IMG/VR virus record: IMGVR_UViG_3300020193_000004
Location: 1-64,000 of that record
Length of the DNA: 64,000 nt
Strand: one strand, 5' to 3'
DNA from: a virus
The notes below the pieces were generated by a model, which did no database searches, was not told where the DNA came from, and was given only the letters and a program-made list of their open reading frames with translations. Made by a program: the position numbers and the translations under genes. Every line of letters starts with the position of its first letter. Position 1 is the stretch's first letter. Shown piece after piece: positions 28,754 to 38,310 of the stretch.

Positions 28754-29040
28754 ACATGATGCGCATTCGGATCTGCCGGGTCCAGAAAGGTACCCTTGAG
28801 TACCTGTACCTGAAGACCTGCTTCATCAAAACGCTCGAGAACTTCAAGGACATCTTCCAGCACCTCATCGAGCGGGGTGACCTCGAACTTGGGGACGTCA
28901 TCTACACGGACGACTTCTATCTCCGGCTCGACAGCATCGAGCCCCTGAAGTTCACCTGCCTCGATCCCCAGCGGCCTGAACTGCAGGGCCTGGGCGGCCA
29001 GATCGAGGAGGCGGAGCGCTCAGTCGGCGACGCCTGGTAG
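28750..29040 (+). CDS. hypothetical protein
   Basis: GAGGTG RBS, codon bias. Confidence 0.6.
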   Translation: MNMMRIRICRVQKGTLEYLYLKTCFIKTLENFKDIFQHLIERGDLELGDVIYTDDFYLRLDSIEPLKFTCLDPQRPELQGLGGQIEEAERSVGDAW

Positions 29041-29200
29041 GGCGTAAGAGCGCCCTGATCTGGGAGCGCGCGGGGTCACACCTCACGCGCTCCCAGGCCA
29101 CATTTCTTAGGTGTACTGGGCATAAAAAGGGTGGAGGAACAGGAGTAGCCCACGGGGGCGCTCCCCATTAGCCTGAACTTCCACCCTCCCAGAGGCACAG

Positions 29201-29971
29201 ATGCCCGCTTCAGACCTCACGCTCGTCACCGTCGACGCACGCATCCTCTCGTCCTACAACAGCAAGCCCTTGGTCCTGGTGGGGAACGCCGGACGTGCAC
29301 CGCAGGATGTGGCAGACGCCCTCCTGGCCCTCTGCACCGAGCTGCCGCTGCTGCGCGTCACCGAGCTCTTCCGGCTCACGGCGACGCAGGCCGCAGCGCG
29401 CAAGAAGTACGAGAACTGGCTCGCTGCCGGGAAGCCTGCAGCCAGGAGCGCGACGTTCGACAGTAAGACCATGAAGAACGCCTACGTGGCGGTGCCCGGC
29501 AAGTCGATGCACAACGCCGGGCGCGCGATCGACGTCGACATCTCGACCCTGCAGAAGATCTTCGGGAAGGAGTACCTCGACGCGTTCTGGCCTGTCGCGG
29601 CCAAGCATGGCTTCACCCCCATCATCGCCAAGCCTGAGGAGGGGAAGAGCGAGAGCTGGCACTTCGACCACCGCGGGTCCTGGGACGCCGTCGGAGACCA
29701 CTACGGCTACGAGGCCATGGCGATGTGCGCCGCCCTCGTCACCGGGCAGGCCGGGGAGTGGCAGTCGGACTCCCGGCTGATGCAGGCACTCCTGCTCCGT
29801 GCCGGGTTCGACATCGGCGAGCCCGACGGCGTGGTCGGCAAGCGCACCCTCAAGGCGCTCACCCTGGCCCTCGGCGAGAAGTATCAGTCGACGTACCCCA
29901 CGGTGGCCAAGATCCTCGAGGGCCTGCGCAAGCTCTCCGCCACGGCCACATGGACGAAGGTGGTCGCGTAG
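29201..29971 (+). CDS. endolysin: M15-type Zn peptidase plus peptidoglycan-binding domain
   Basis: PGKSMHNAGRAIDV (SxH...D), ESWHF, QALLLRAGFDIGEPDGVVGKRT. Confidence 0.88.
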   Translation: MPASDLTLVTVDARILSSYNSKPLVLVGNAGRAPQDVADALLALCTELPLLRVTELFRLTATQAAARKKYENWLAAGKPAARSATFDSKTMKNAYVAVPGKSMHNAGRAIDVDISTLQKIFGKEYLDAFWPVAAKHGFTPIIAKPEEGKSESWHFDHRGSWDAVGDHYGYEAMAMCAALVTGQAGEWQSDSRLMQALLLRAGFDIGEPDGVVGKRTLKALTLALGEKYQSTYPTVAKILEGLRKLSATATWTKVVA

Positions 29972-30017
29972 TCGTCATAAGCGTCGTGCACCCTACATAT
30001 CTGGGAGAACATGCACG

Positions 30018-30239
30018 ATGACTCTGACACCGATCCGCGGCAGCGACTACGCGTCGAAGGCCGAGGCCATCCGGGCGTTCCGCGAGGGCGCGAACTTTCT
30101 GGTCCAACCCGACGACCAGCTCATCAACCGCGCCAAGGTCGAGGCGGCGGGCGTGAAGGCGGTCACGATCCGCTACGCCAACCTCACCCGCCTCGTCATC
30201 ATCGACCAGGCTGAGGACGGCAGCTGGGGAATGCCGTGA
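30018..30239 (+). CDS. hypothetical protein
   Basis: CATAAG 29976; coupled to the topoisomerase gene. Confidence 0.55.
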   Translation: MTLTPIRGSDYASKAEAIRAFREGANFLVQPDDQLINRAKVEAAGVKAVTIRYANLTRLVIIDQAEDGSWGMP

Positions 30240-32143
30240 CCAAGAAGTCCGGCTACGACGCCTCGTCCATCGAGGTGCTCGAAGGCCTCGACCCGGTGCG
30301 CAAGCGTCCGGGCATGTACGTGGGTGGGACGGGGAAGGACGGCTTCCACCACCTGCTCTGGGAGATCGTCGACAACGCAGTCGACGAGGCGCTGGCAGGT
30401 CACGCCACGCGCATCGAGGTCGAGGTCGTGAACGACCCCGTGCCGTCTGCCACGGTGAAGGACAACGGCCGTGGCATCCCCTTCGACACGCACTCGTCGG
30501 GCAAGCCCGCAGTGGAGCTCATCTTCACCACGCTGCACTCCGGCGGGAAGTTCGGAGGGGGCGCCTACAAGGTCTCCGGCGGATTGCATGGCGTGGGCAG
30601 CAGCGTGGTGAACGCGCTCTCCTCGCTCCTCACGGTGCGCGTCGCCCGCCAGGACCAGGTCTACACGCAGGACTTCTCCCGGGGCGTCCCGAAGAAACCC
30701 AAGATCGCCCGGGCAGGGAGGGTCGCGCACGGCACCACGGTCTCCTTCGTACCGGACACGGAGATCTTCGGGAAGCAGGAGTTCGACCTGGCGCTCATCC
30801 GCGAGCGCATCCGCGTCAAGGCGTACCTCACCCCCGGGGTGACGTTCGTGCTCGGTGAGGAGGAGTTCTGCTACCGGGGCGGGCTCGCGGACATGCTCGC
30901 TGCTCGCGTCTCCGAGGAGGAGATGGTGCCCGTGACCGAGTTCCCCTTCCTGCTCTCCGTGGACGGGCTGCAGGTGGCACTGACCTGGACCATGGATCCC
31001 CGTCCTATGGACGAGATGCTCGAGGCCTTCGCGAACGGCATCCCGACGAGGGACGGAGGCACGCACGTCGCGGGCCTGAAGACCACCGTGGCCGCCGTGG
31101 TCCGTGACTACATGGAGGACCACGGCCTGCTGCCGCGCAAGCCCGTCGTCGAGGCCGATGACGTGCGAGAGGGGCTGGTGGGTGCCATCCACGTGCTCGT
31201 CGAGAACCCGCAGTTCCAGGGCCAGACGAAGGACCGCCTGAACAACCCAGAGGTGCAGAGCACCGTGTCCGGCGAGATACGCCGGGCCCTCAAGGCATGG
31301 CTCCAGGCAAACAACGTGCAGAGCCAGCGCCTGGCCGAGCGCGTCGTCGAGGCCGCACGCGCGAGGACAGCTTCACGCGCAGCCGTGTTCGAGGTGCGGC
31401 GGAAGTCGCCCACTTTGCGGCTCACCCTACCCGGCAAGCTCGCCGACTGCACGTCCACCGAGCCGGAGCAGACCGAGCTCTTCATCGTCGAGGGGGACTC
31501 CGCCGGCGGGAGCGCGAAGCAGGGACGGGACCGGGACATCCAGGCCGTCTTGCCCATCCGAGGCAAGGTGCTGAACGTCGCCGACGTCTCGCTGAACAAG
31601 ATCGACGCGAACCAGGAGCTCTCGAACCTGATCCAGGCACTGGGGTGCGGGTTCGGCCCGGATTACGATCCCGAGGGGCTGCGCTACGGCAAGGTGATCC
31701 TCATGGCGGACGCCGACGTGGACGGACACCACATCTCGACACTGCTCCTGATGTTCTTCTTCCGCGCGATGCCGCAGCTCATCCGGGCCGGGCGCGTCTA
31801 CCTGGCATGTCCTCCGCTGTACAGGATCGACGCCGGCAAGGCCACGTTCTGGGCCATCAGCGACGCGGAGCGGGACGCGTATCTGTCCTCGCTCCCCCGG
31901 AGGATGCGCGAGGAGGCGCAGGTGTCGTACTTCAAGGGCCTCGGTGAGATGCCCGCAGCCATGCTGTACGCCACCACGATGGACCCGAAGCAGCGGCGCC
32001 TGCAGCGGGTAGAGATCCCGGACGGGCAGGAGCTCGCCACGGCCGCCATGATGCAGGACCTCCTCGGCCCAGACGTCCGGATGCGCCTGTCGTACATCGA
32101 GACGGCCAGCGAGGACATCGAAACGCTCGACCTTCACCTGTGA
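30236..32143 (+). CDS. gyrB: type IIA topoisomerase subunit B (GyrB/ParE family)
   Basis: VRKRPGMY, EIVDNAVDE, DNGRGIP, GGLHGVG, EGDSAGG, PIRGK, DADVDG, FKGLGEM; GyrB versus ParE is not resolved. Confidence 0.93.
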   Translation: MTKKSGYDASSIEVLEGLDPVRKRPGMYVGGTGKDGFHHLLWEIVDNAVDEALAGHATRIEVEVVNDPVPSATVKDNGRGIPFDTHSSGKPAVELIFTTLHSGGKFGGGAYKVSGGLHGVGSSVVNALSSLLTVRVARQDQVYTQDFSRGVPKKPKIARAGRVAHGTTVSFVPDTEIFGKQEFDLALIRERIRVKAYLTPGVTFVLGEEEFCYRGGLADMLAARVSEEEMVPVTEFPFLLSVDGLQVALTWTMDPRPMDEMLEAFANGIPTRDGGTHVAGLKTTVAAVVRDYMEDHGLLPRKPVVEADDVREGLVGAIHVLVENPQFQGQTKDRLNNPEVQSTVSGEIRRALKAWLQANNVQSQRLAERVVEAARARTASRAAVFEVRRKSPTLRLTLPGKLADCTSTEPEQTELFIVEGDSAGGSAKQGRDRDIQAVLPIRGKVLNVADVSLNKIDANQELSNLIQALGCGFGPDYDPEGLRYGKVILMADADVDGHHISTLLLMFFFRAMPQLIRAGRVYLACPPLYRIDAGKATFWAISDAERDAYLSSLPRRMREEAQVSYFKGLGEMPAAMLYATTMDPKQRRLQRVEIPDGQELATAAMMQDLLGPDVRMRLSYIETASEDIETLDLHL

Positions 32144-32150
32144 GGCGCTG

Positions 32151-32786
32151 ATGAAAGACTTCACCTACGAGACCAAGTACACGCCCGCTCGCGCCGACGG
32201 AGAGACGGCCAAGGCGACCATCTCGATCGAGGGGCCCGGTACCGCCGATCTCATCCGCGTACTGGAGGGCACGGCGGTCGAGATCATGGATGGGCAGGTG
32301 GCCACAGGGCGTGAGATCATCGACTTTCTGACCACCTTCAACGGCGGGCACAGCCGAGTCGAGAACGACGCCATGCTGCTGCAGGCCCTGGACGGCAGCT
32401 GGCTGCTGAAGCTCGACGAGCTCTACACGCTCGCCACCTTTGGCACCATCACTGCCGGCGAGGAAACCTTCAACTTCGCCGACGCGCTGCTGGCCTGGCG
32501 GAGGGCGCACCGCCAGCAGGACCCTCGGCGGAAGGGTCCACGCTACCCCTACACCCACGCCTACGACCTCGTCCGGATGCTCGGTCCGCAGGAGCAGACC
32601 ACAGAGACCCTATTCGGCACCCCCCTGCTCTCTCGTACCCACGCAGCGCTGCTGGTGAAGGCCCTCGCCCCGGCGCTGCGTGTGGAGGCGCACGAGCTCG
32701 CCGAGATGCTCGCCGACTACTACCTGGCCCACGAGGAGGAGCTGGTAGAGCTGTCAGTGCGCAGGATCACCGGCAGTACGCCGTAG
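32151..32786 (+). CDS. hypothetical protein
   Basis: Codon bias, operon packing. Confidence 0.6.
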   Translation: MKDFTYETKYTPARADGETAKATISIEGPGTADLIRVLEGTAVEIMDGQVATGREIIDFLTTFNGGHSRVENDAMLLQALDGSWLLKLDELYTLATFGTITAGEETFNFADALLAWRRAHRQQDPRRKGPRYPYTHAYDLVRMLGPQEQTTETLFGTPLLSRTHAALLVKALAPALRVEAHELAEMLADYYLAHEEELVELSVRRITGSTP

Positions 32787-32789
32787 CGC

Positions 32790-33317
32790 ATGGCGCGGCG
32801 CCCCTACAAGGGAGGCGGGTACTCGTCGAGTTGGATTCGCCCAACCACGAGGCTCGCCCTTTACCTGCGCGACGGCCTGTGCTGCGTCTACTGCCTCCAG
32901 GACTGGTCGGTGAACGGGCTCACCCTCGACCATGTCGTGGACCGGACCGATGGTGGCAACAACGACCCCACGAACCTGGTGAGCTCCTGCATGCGGTGCA
33001 ACGCGCTGAAGCGTCAGCGTGGCTGGCAGGGTTTCGCAGAAGCTCTGGACATAAGTCCCTCGTGGCTGAAGCGCCGCATTCAGGAGCAGGCGACGCCACT
33101 GACCACGCACCTCCGCCGGCGTGCCAGGCACCTGCGGAAGTTCCGACCCCCGTGGCTCAAGGAACTCCTCGAGCTCAACAAGAACTGGAGCCCACAGCAG
33201 CCGCTGTTCGACCTGCCGAAGAAGATCGTGCCGATGGTGCACGTCGAGCAGCCGCCGGAAGAAGACGAGGTGGACCCGCTTCCAGCGGTTCCAGATGACT
33301 CCGAGATCCCTTTCTAA
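32790..33317 (+). CDS. HNH endonuclease
   Basis: RDGLCCVYC...LTLDHV...GGNNDPTNLVSSCMRCN. Confidence 0.88.
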   Translation: MARRPYKGGGYSSSWIRPTTRLALYLRDGLCCVYCLQDWSVNGLTLDHVVDRTDGGNNDPTNLVSSCMRCNALKRQRGWQGFAEALDISPSWLKRRIQEQATPLTTHLRRRARHLRKFRPPWLKELLELNKNWSPQQPLFDLPKKIVPMVHVEQPPEEDEVDPLPAVPDDSEIPF

Positions 33318-33329
33318 GGACATGACCGC

Positions 33330-34247
33330 ATGGACAAGCCGATCGAGACCATCCAGGTCCAGGGCCTGGTCGCGAAGATCTACCAGGACACGCACGCCGA
33401 GGACCCCGAGACCCTGACCGACGCCCCGGTGTGGTTGGCGCACTACCACCGCGACTTCCAGCACGCGCCGAAGGAGCTCCCCTTCCGGGACGGTCCGGGC
33501 TTCGTCGAGTGGTACAGGGGCTACAACGGAGAGGAGAGGGAGGATGACGAGTGGGACAGCCCCGTCCCCGAGTTCAAGTCCCTCTACTTGCACCGGCGGA
33601 AGCAGGAAATGCAGGACCAATGGGCCGTCTTCATCGTCCGCGCGTACATCCACGGCGGCGTGAGCCTCGCGCTGGAGGGCAGTCTGGCCCACGCGCGCAT
33701 GCCAGACCAGCAGTGGGACGTGAGCCGCTGCGGCGTCTTGCTCATCGACAAGGCGAAGTGGCGTGAGCGCATGGGATGCCCTCCGGCGCCAGTAAGCGGC
33801 GAGACCGAGAACGCCGCCTACTGGCGTGAGATCGCCGAGGCCCACATCCAGGAGTGGAACCAGTACCTGGGTGGCGAGGTGTACGGGTACCGCGTCGTCG
33901 AGGGCGAGGACGATGACAACGAAGTCGACAGCTGCTGGGGCTACTACGGCATCGAGGCCGTACGGGAGGCAGCGAAGGAGGCCGCCGAGGCGTGCTTCGA
34001 GAAAATGAAGCGCGATGGCGAGGAGTTCGACAGGTTCTGCGATTCCCTTGACCAGGACACCCTCATCGAACTCGTACTTGACGTGAAGCTGGACGAAGCC
34101 GCAGCCATCAACAACGCCGCCAAGGGTGTGCAGGTGGACTACCTGCTGAAGAATGGCTTCACGAAAGAGCTGCTCCTGGCGAAGGCGCGGGGGCCCGAAG
34201 AGGGCAACCTCAGCGACTTTGTGGCGCGCGGTGCGCGCCATGGATGA
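33330..34247 (+). CDS. phage hypothetical protein
   Basis: AAGGA RBS; YIHGG...WD...YLGGEVYGY...DSCWGYYG. Confidence 0.65.
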   Translation: MDKPIETIQVQGLVAKIYQDTHAEDPETLTDAPVWLAHYHRDFQHAPKELPFRDGPGFVEWYRGYNGEEREDDEWDSPVPEFKSLYLHRRKQEMQDQWAVFIVRAYIHGGVSLALEGSLAHARMPDQQWDVSRCGVLLIDKAKWRERMGCPPAPVSGETENAAYWREIAEAHIQEWNQYLGGEVYGYRVVEGEDDDNEVDSCWGYYGIEAVREAAKEAAEACFEKMKRDGEEFDRFCDSLDQDTLIELVLDVKLDEAAAINNAAKGVQVDYLLKNGFTKELLLAKARGPEEGNLSDFVARGARHG

Positions 34248-34494
34248 GGGCCTCGAAGAGTTCGGCGAGTACACCCTCCGTGACAGGGGCGCAGTGGACA
34301 TCGTGGACGTCGGCCAGTTCGCGAACGAACTCCGTAAGCTGGACCCCGCGGAAGCCGGACGTCGCCTGAAAGCGCTGCACGGCAAGGGAGAGCTTTACTC
34401 CAAGGTCGCCAACGCGATCCTCGGGCAGCTCGACGATATGCCACTGGAATGGTGGGGAGACTGCATCGCCGCAAGCCCCCACGTGGAGTACTGA
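34240..34494 (+). CDS. hypothetical protein
   Basis: Overlap coupling. Confidence 0.5.
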   Translation: MDEGLEEFGEYTLRDRGAVDIVDVGQFANELRKLDPAEAGRRLKALHGKGELYSKVANAILGQLDDMPLEWWGDCIAASPHVEY

Positions 34495-34495
34495 C

Positions 34496-34897
34496 ATGGA
34501 CGGCATCAGGAACATGCTCGACCTGTCGACGGCGCACATGCCGTACAACCCGGACGAGCAGGAGCGGTACGTGGTCGAGCGCGACCCGCTGCGCGGGCTG
34601 GTCATGCCTTCGATCTACGACAGGGTCACGAGGGAGAACAGCGAGCGGTGGCTCGACGTGAAGGCGTGCTTGCGCCACCGTACGAAGCTGAACCGGAAGG
34701 AGCGCTTCTGGGGCAGCCTCCGCGTGGCGAAGCACGAGCACGGCTGGATCGTGTTCGTGCCCGGCCGGGAACACGCCGAGACCGTTCCCGAGTGGGCGCA
34801 GCCGCTCATCAAGTACGCCCTCGAGCACGACTGCATCGTCGTCAACTTCGACAGGGACGCCGACGCGGTGGACCGTCTGCCGAAGTGGGAGTGGTAA
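34496..34897 (+). CDS. hypothetical protein
   Basis: GGAG RBS; MLDLSTAHM. Confidence 0.6.
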   Translation: MDGIRNMLDLSTAHMPYNPDEQERYVVERDPLRGLVMPSIYDRVTRENSERWLDVKACLRHRTKLNRKERFWGSLRVAKHEHGWIVFVPGREHAETVPEWAQPLIKYALEHDCIVVNFDRDADAVDRLPKWEW

Positions 34898-34900
34898 GAC

Positions 34901-35170
34901 TCAGGGCTGGGTAGCCGTGTCTTCCTCGACGGCGGGAGCAATGGCTGCCCTGGGGCGCTTGGCGAAGTGCTCGCCGACGTTCGTCCCCGAGAACGTCGCG
35001 AGGATGCCTGTGAGCGCCATCAGCAGGGAGTCGAGCTCGTTCTCCGACATCCCCCCGTCGACGAAGGCCGCCACCCCGAGGAGGACGAGGACGATCAGCG
35101 CCTGCGCGTAGGCGATGCCCTTGCGCCCTTCAGGAGAACCGAGGAGTCGGCCGATGTTGATGGAACCCAT
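34901..35170 (-). CDS. two-TM membrane protein, holin candidate
   Basis: GRK + TM1, short acidic loop, TM2 ending GTNVGEHF; 89 aa. Confidence 0.55.
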   Translation of the reverse strand: MGSINIGRLLGSPEGRKGIAYAQALIVLVLLGVAAFVDGGMSENELDSLLMALTGILATFSGTNVGEHFAKRPRAAIAPAVEEDTATQP

Positions 35171-35225
35171 GGGAGCATCGTAGCCGATGCAGTCCCCCGA
35201 AGCACACAACAACCAGGAGTACGTG

Positions 35226-35453
35226 ATGCACAACAAAGAGGACCAGGTCGAGTTGCTGCGGCGCGCCGCGGGCCAACTCGGCTACACGCTCACCAAGAAG
35301 CCGACCGGGCGGACGAAGGAAAAGCGCGAACAAGAGCTGCACGTGATGTGCAAGCTCTGCCAGAACTCGGTCCCGGCGAAGACCGCGCACCTGCACCAGG
35401 GAACCTGGGTCGGGGAGTGCTGCTGGGACGAACGACTGAAGAGCACGGAGTAG
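35226..35453 (+). CDS. small Cys-containing protein
   Basis: AGGAG RBS; CKLC...ECCW. Confidence 0.55.
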   Translation: MHNKEDQVELLRRAAGQLGYTLTKKPTGRTKEKREQELHVMCKLCQNSVPAKTAHLHQGTWVGECCWDERLKSTE

Positions 35454-35545
35454 TCGATGAACGAGACGAAATGCGCCTTCCTGCTCGAAGGACTGAAGCA
35501 CCTCGAACTTTGGACCGACGCGAAAACTCCTCAAGGCGCGCAGTG

Positions 35546-35911
35546 ATGCGGCGACAGCTATCGGAGCGACAGGTCCTCGTACTCTGCAGAGAGGACGAGG
35601 TCATCGCTGGCATGGGCGATACGTGCACCATCTTTGAGCTGCCCGGGACTCCGCAGGGGATCCAGCTGTGGGGCATTCGACTCAAACGACTCCTCCTCCC
35701 GCTCGAGGCGGGTGTCCTCGTGGCGGGGGAGTCCGGCCTGTCGCTCCGCCTGGAACGCGTCGGCAGAGGCGGCGGAGAGCTGGTGGCGAAGAACCTCACG
35801 TTCGTCAGCTCCGCCTTCGGGTTCATCGTCGATGGGCACAACACGGCGATCTACGAGCAGGTCAACTTCCAGACCGGGACGGAGCCAGCCATCCTCCTCG
35901 CGGAGACGTGA
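35546..35911 (+). CDS. hypothetical protein
   Basis: Coupled to downstream gene. Confidence 0.5.
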   Translation: MRRQLSERQVLVLCREDEVIAGMGDTCTIFELPGTPQGIQLWGIRLKRLLLPLEAGVLVAGESGLSLRLERVGRGGGELVAKNLTFVSSAFGFIVDGHNTAIYEQVNFQTGTEPAILLAET

Positions 35912-36243
35912 TGCACGAGGACTACAGGAGCTTCGACGAGATGAGCGAGCTGGAGCTGGTCACGTACATCGACCGGGTTCTCGGATGGACCTGCAGCGAG
36001 ATGTCCTACGACGAGCTCCGCAACCTGGCCTTAGAGGGCTACGCCGAGCGCCTCGGCGGGCTCGACATGCACAGGAGCGAGCTCATGCAGTTCGGGGACG
36101 GGGGCTACCCGTACCTCTACGTCTCGCAGGCGGACGGGGGCGACAGCCTCTGCCACGTTTGTGCCACGAAGGAGCTCAAGAAGGGCGCGACCGTGGCCTG
36201 GTGCCACCACATGGAAGGGGAAGACGAGTACTGCACGGACTGA
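35911..36243 (+). CDS. hypothetical protein
   Basis: GGYPYLY...CHVC; TGATG coupling. Confidence 0.55.
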   Translation: MHEDYRSFDEMSELELVTYIDRVLGWTCSEMSYDELRNLALEGYAERLGGLDMHRSELMQFGDGGYPYLYVSQADGGDSLCHVCATKELKKGATVAWCHHMEGEDEYCTD

Positions 36244-36446
36244 GGTGCCGTCATCCACCCATTCGTACGGAGTGCTGATGTTCGCAGTTAACCTGTTCGC
36301 TGGGGACGGTAACGCATCCAAGGGTATCCGGAGGGCGATCGTCTATGCGAATGCCTGCACTGGCCTTGCCAGGCGCAGGACGAGTAGACCTGAGATGGAT
36401 GCGGACATCGAGGCACCCCTCCCTCACCGGGGGCGTGCTCTTAGAC

Positions 36447-36683
36447 CTACTCCTTAGAACCGAGCGGGGCGCGCTGGGCGGCGTCGAGCTTCTCGAGCGC
36501 CTTGCGCGCGTCGTCGATGGCCTGCTGTGCCGCGGGAGGAGCGGGCACCGCCGCTGGGCATGCCGGGCACGGCGGGCACGTGGTCGGGTCCTGCGCGTGC
36601 GCCTGCGACATCTGGGAGCCGAAGCCGAGACCGAAGAGGAAGGTCACGACGATCAGGGAGAAGCTGGCGGGAGTGAGTCGCAT
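36447..36683 (-). CDS. secreted Pro/Cys-rich protein
   Basis: Signal peptide ending AHA, then CPPCPACP; GGAGGT RBS. Confidence 0.6.
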   Translation of the reverse strand: MRLTPASFSLIVVTFLFGLGFGSQMSQAHAQDPTTCPPCPACPAAVPAPPAAQQAIDDARKALEKLDAAQRAPLGSKE

Positions 36684-36913
36684 CACGGACCTCCGGGGGT
36701 AGGCGTAGGTGAAGAGATGGCGGAGCACGATTCGAGAGCGACGCGGCAGGCTGCGATGGCCTCGTCGGTCATCTCGAGTCGAGCGGTCTTGTCCGCCAGC
36801 TCGACCTGGCACTGGACGGCCTCTGGGGTCGTGATCTTCAGGTACCCGGCGAGCGCCAGGGCGATCATTCCGATCGCACCGAGACCAGCAGAGGCATAGC
36901 GGGAGTTCGGCAT
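36683..36913 (-). CDS. membrane-anchored coiled-coil protein with three Cys
   Basis: N-terminal TM segment; TGATG coupling to next gene. Confidence 0.6.
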   Translation of the reverse strand: MPNSRYASAGLGAIGMIALALAGYLKITTPEAVQCQVELADKTARLEMTDEAIAACRVALESCSAISSPTPTPGGP

Positions 36914-36927
36914 GGGCTTCCTGTGAA

Positions 36928-37176
36928 CTATGGGACAGGGACGCCATTCGCCCGCAAGATTGCGGGCATGGCAGCCTCTCCCCAGGCCTTGAAGAACGCA
37001 GCGACATCCTCGGCAATCTCGCCAGCGGTGACCTTCTCCCCGCCCGGGCTGTCCGGGTCGTGGTTGTCCGCCCCCGACTCAATGCTTGCGCGCACCCCCT
37101 TGGGGATGGCAGCCAAGAGCTGGATGACCGGGATGGAGATGTTGGCGCGGCCGATCCGGACATGTTTGTTCTTCAT
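36928..37176 (-). CDS. hypothetical protein
   Basis: DSPGGEKVTAGE motif; first gene of a three-gene - strand unit. Confidence 0.55.
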   Translation of the reverse strand: MKNKHVRIGRANISIPVIQLLAAIPKGVRASIESGADNHDPDSPGGEKVTAGEIAEDVAAFFKAWGEAAMPAILRANGVPVP

Positions 37177-37297
37177 GCGAGGGACGGTAGCATATCTACG
37201 GGGATTTCTGGTGAAGCGCGTGCCGAGTTTCATCCTAAGTGTGCGCTGGCTCTTAGCGGTAATCAGTTACAGATCTCGGCCCGCGAGACTGCTGCCT

Positions 37298-37849
37298 ATG
37301 AAAATCACAACGGTTAGCATGAAGCCGGAGTTCATAGTGTTGCAACCTTCAGTGCCACCGGACCGAGTCCTCGACTGGGCCCAGATCCTCCAGGAGGGGC
37401 TGACTGCCTTGCCCGCGCGCGGGCTCTACGTCGTCGTACGCGGGGTGGAGGTTCTCTACGTCGGCAGGTCTCGCGTCCTGCCGCAGCGTGTCGGCGAGCT
37501 AATCGGCAGCCTGCTCAGCGGGAGAGGCAACCACGCTGCCGGGGCCGTCATGTGCACCGCGGGGGTGGTCGCCGGCGACCTGCGCCTGGTGTTCTACTTC
37601 GGCGCCGAAGCGTACCGGCGCGAACCCGAGGTGGTTGTCGCCCTCCGGCCTCGCTTCAACACCAAGTACCGTCGCGACACGAGGGGCAGGTGGCACACCA
37701 GCGCACCACCCGCGCCTCCGGGGATGTCTCCTGCAGCGCAGCTCCTCGTGGAAGTATTGGGCAGGAATCCGCGGAAGGAGCCCCATCCGGCAGTCCAGGA
37801 TGAGCCGCGGGATGCCTACGAGATCCTCGAGCGGATCCTCGGGGGATAG
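37298..37849 (+). CDS. GIY-YIG-like protein
   Basis: GLYVV...VLYVGRS...QR...E...LRPRFN. Confidence 0.65.
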   Translation: MKITTVSMKPEFIVLQPSVPPDRVLDWAQILQEGLTALPARGLYVVVRGVEVLYVGRSRVLPQRVGELIGSLLSGRGNHAAGAVMCTAGVVAGDLRLVFYFGAEAYRREPEVVVALRPRFNTKYRRDTRGRWHTSAPPAPPGMSPAAQLLVEVLGRNPRKEPHPAVQDEPRDAYEILERILGG

Positions 37850-37941
37850 TAGCGCGCAGCCCACGTGCGAGAGACATGAGCATCCGCAGCTCTGGCGGAG
37901 TAGTATAGACCTTGTTCACACTGCGCACCCGCAGGAGCACC

Positions 37942-38310
37942 ATGGCTCGCCGAGTCAAGACCAGCACTATCAAGTCGGGGAACACGGCGAACGACCGTCG
38001 CGTTCTTGTGAGCGTCTCGACGACGGGCACAGCCCCCGCCGCAGCCACCGAGGGGTACATCCTCCAGCAGAACGAGTACGTGCACGTGCTCTTCGGCGTA
38101 GGAGGCACGAGCCCTGTGTTCCGTGTCCGCCTCTACTGGTACTTCGACGTCTCCGGGAAGTGGCACAAGGGGCACCAGGTCGTCGTGAACGGGGACGACT
38201 GCATGCTCATCGAGGCACAGGGCGCACAGCGGCTGGCCCTCGTCGTCGAAGGCGTCTCCGGGACCAGCCCCACGCTCAACGCTTGGGTCGCCCTGGCAAG
38301 GCCCGTCTGA
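37942..38310 (+). CDS. probable virion structural protein
   Basis: AGGAG RBS; beta-rich; precedes a fibre-like gene. Confidence 0.55.
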   Translation: MARRVKTSTIKSGNTANDRRVLVSVSTTGTAPAAATEGYILQQNEYVHVLFGVGGTSPVFRVRLYWYFDVSGKWHKGHQVVVNGDDCMLIEAQGAQRLALVVEGVSGTSPTLNAWVALARPV

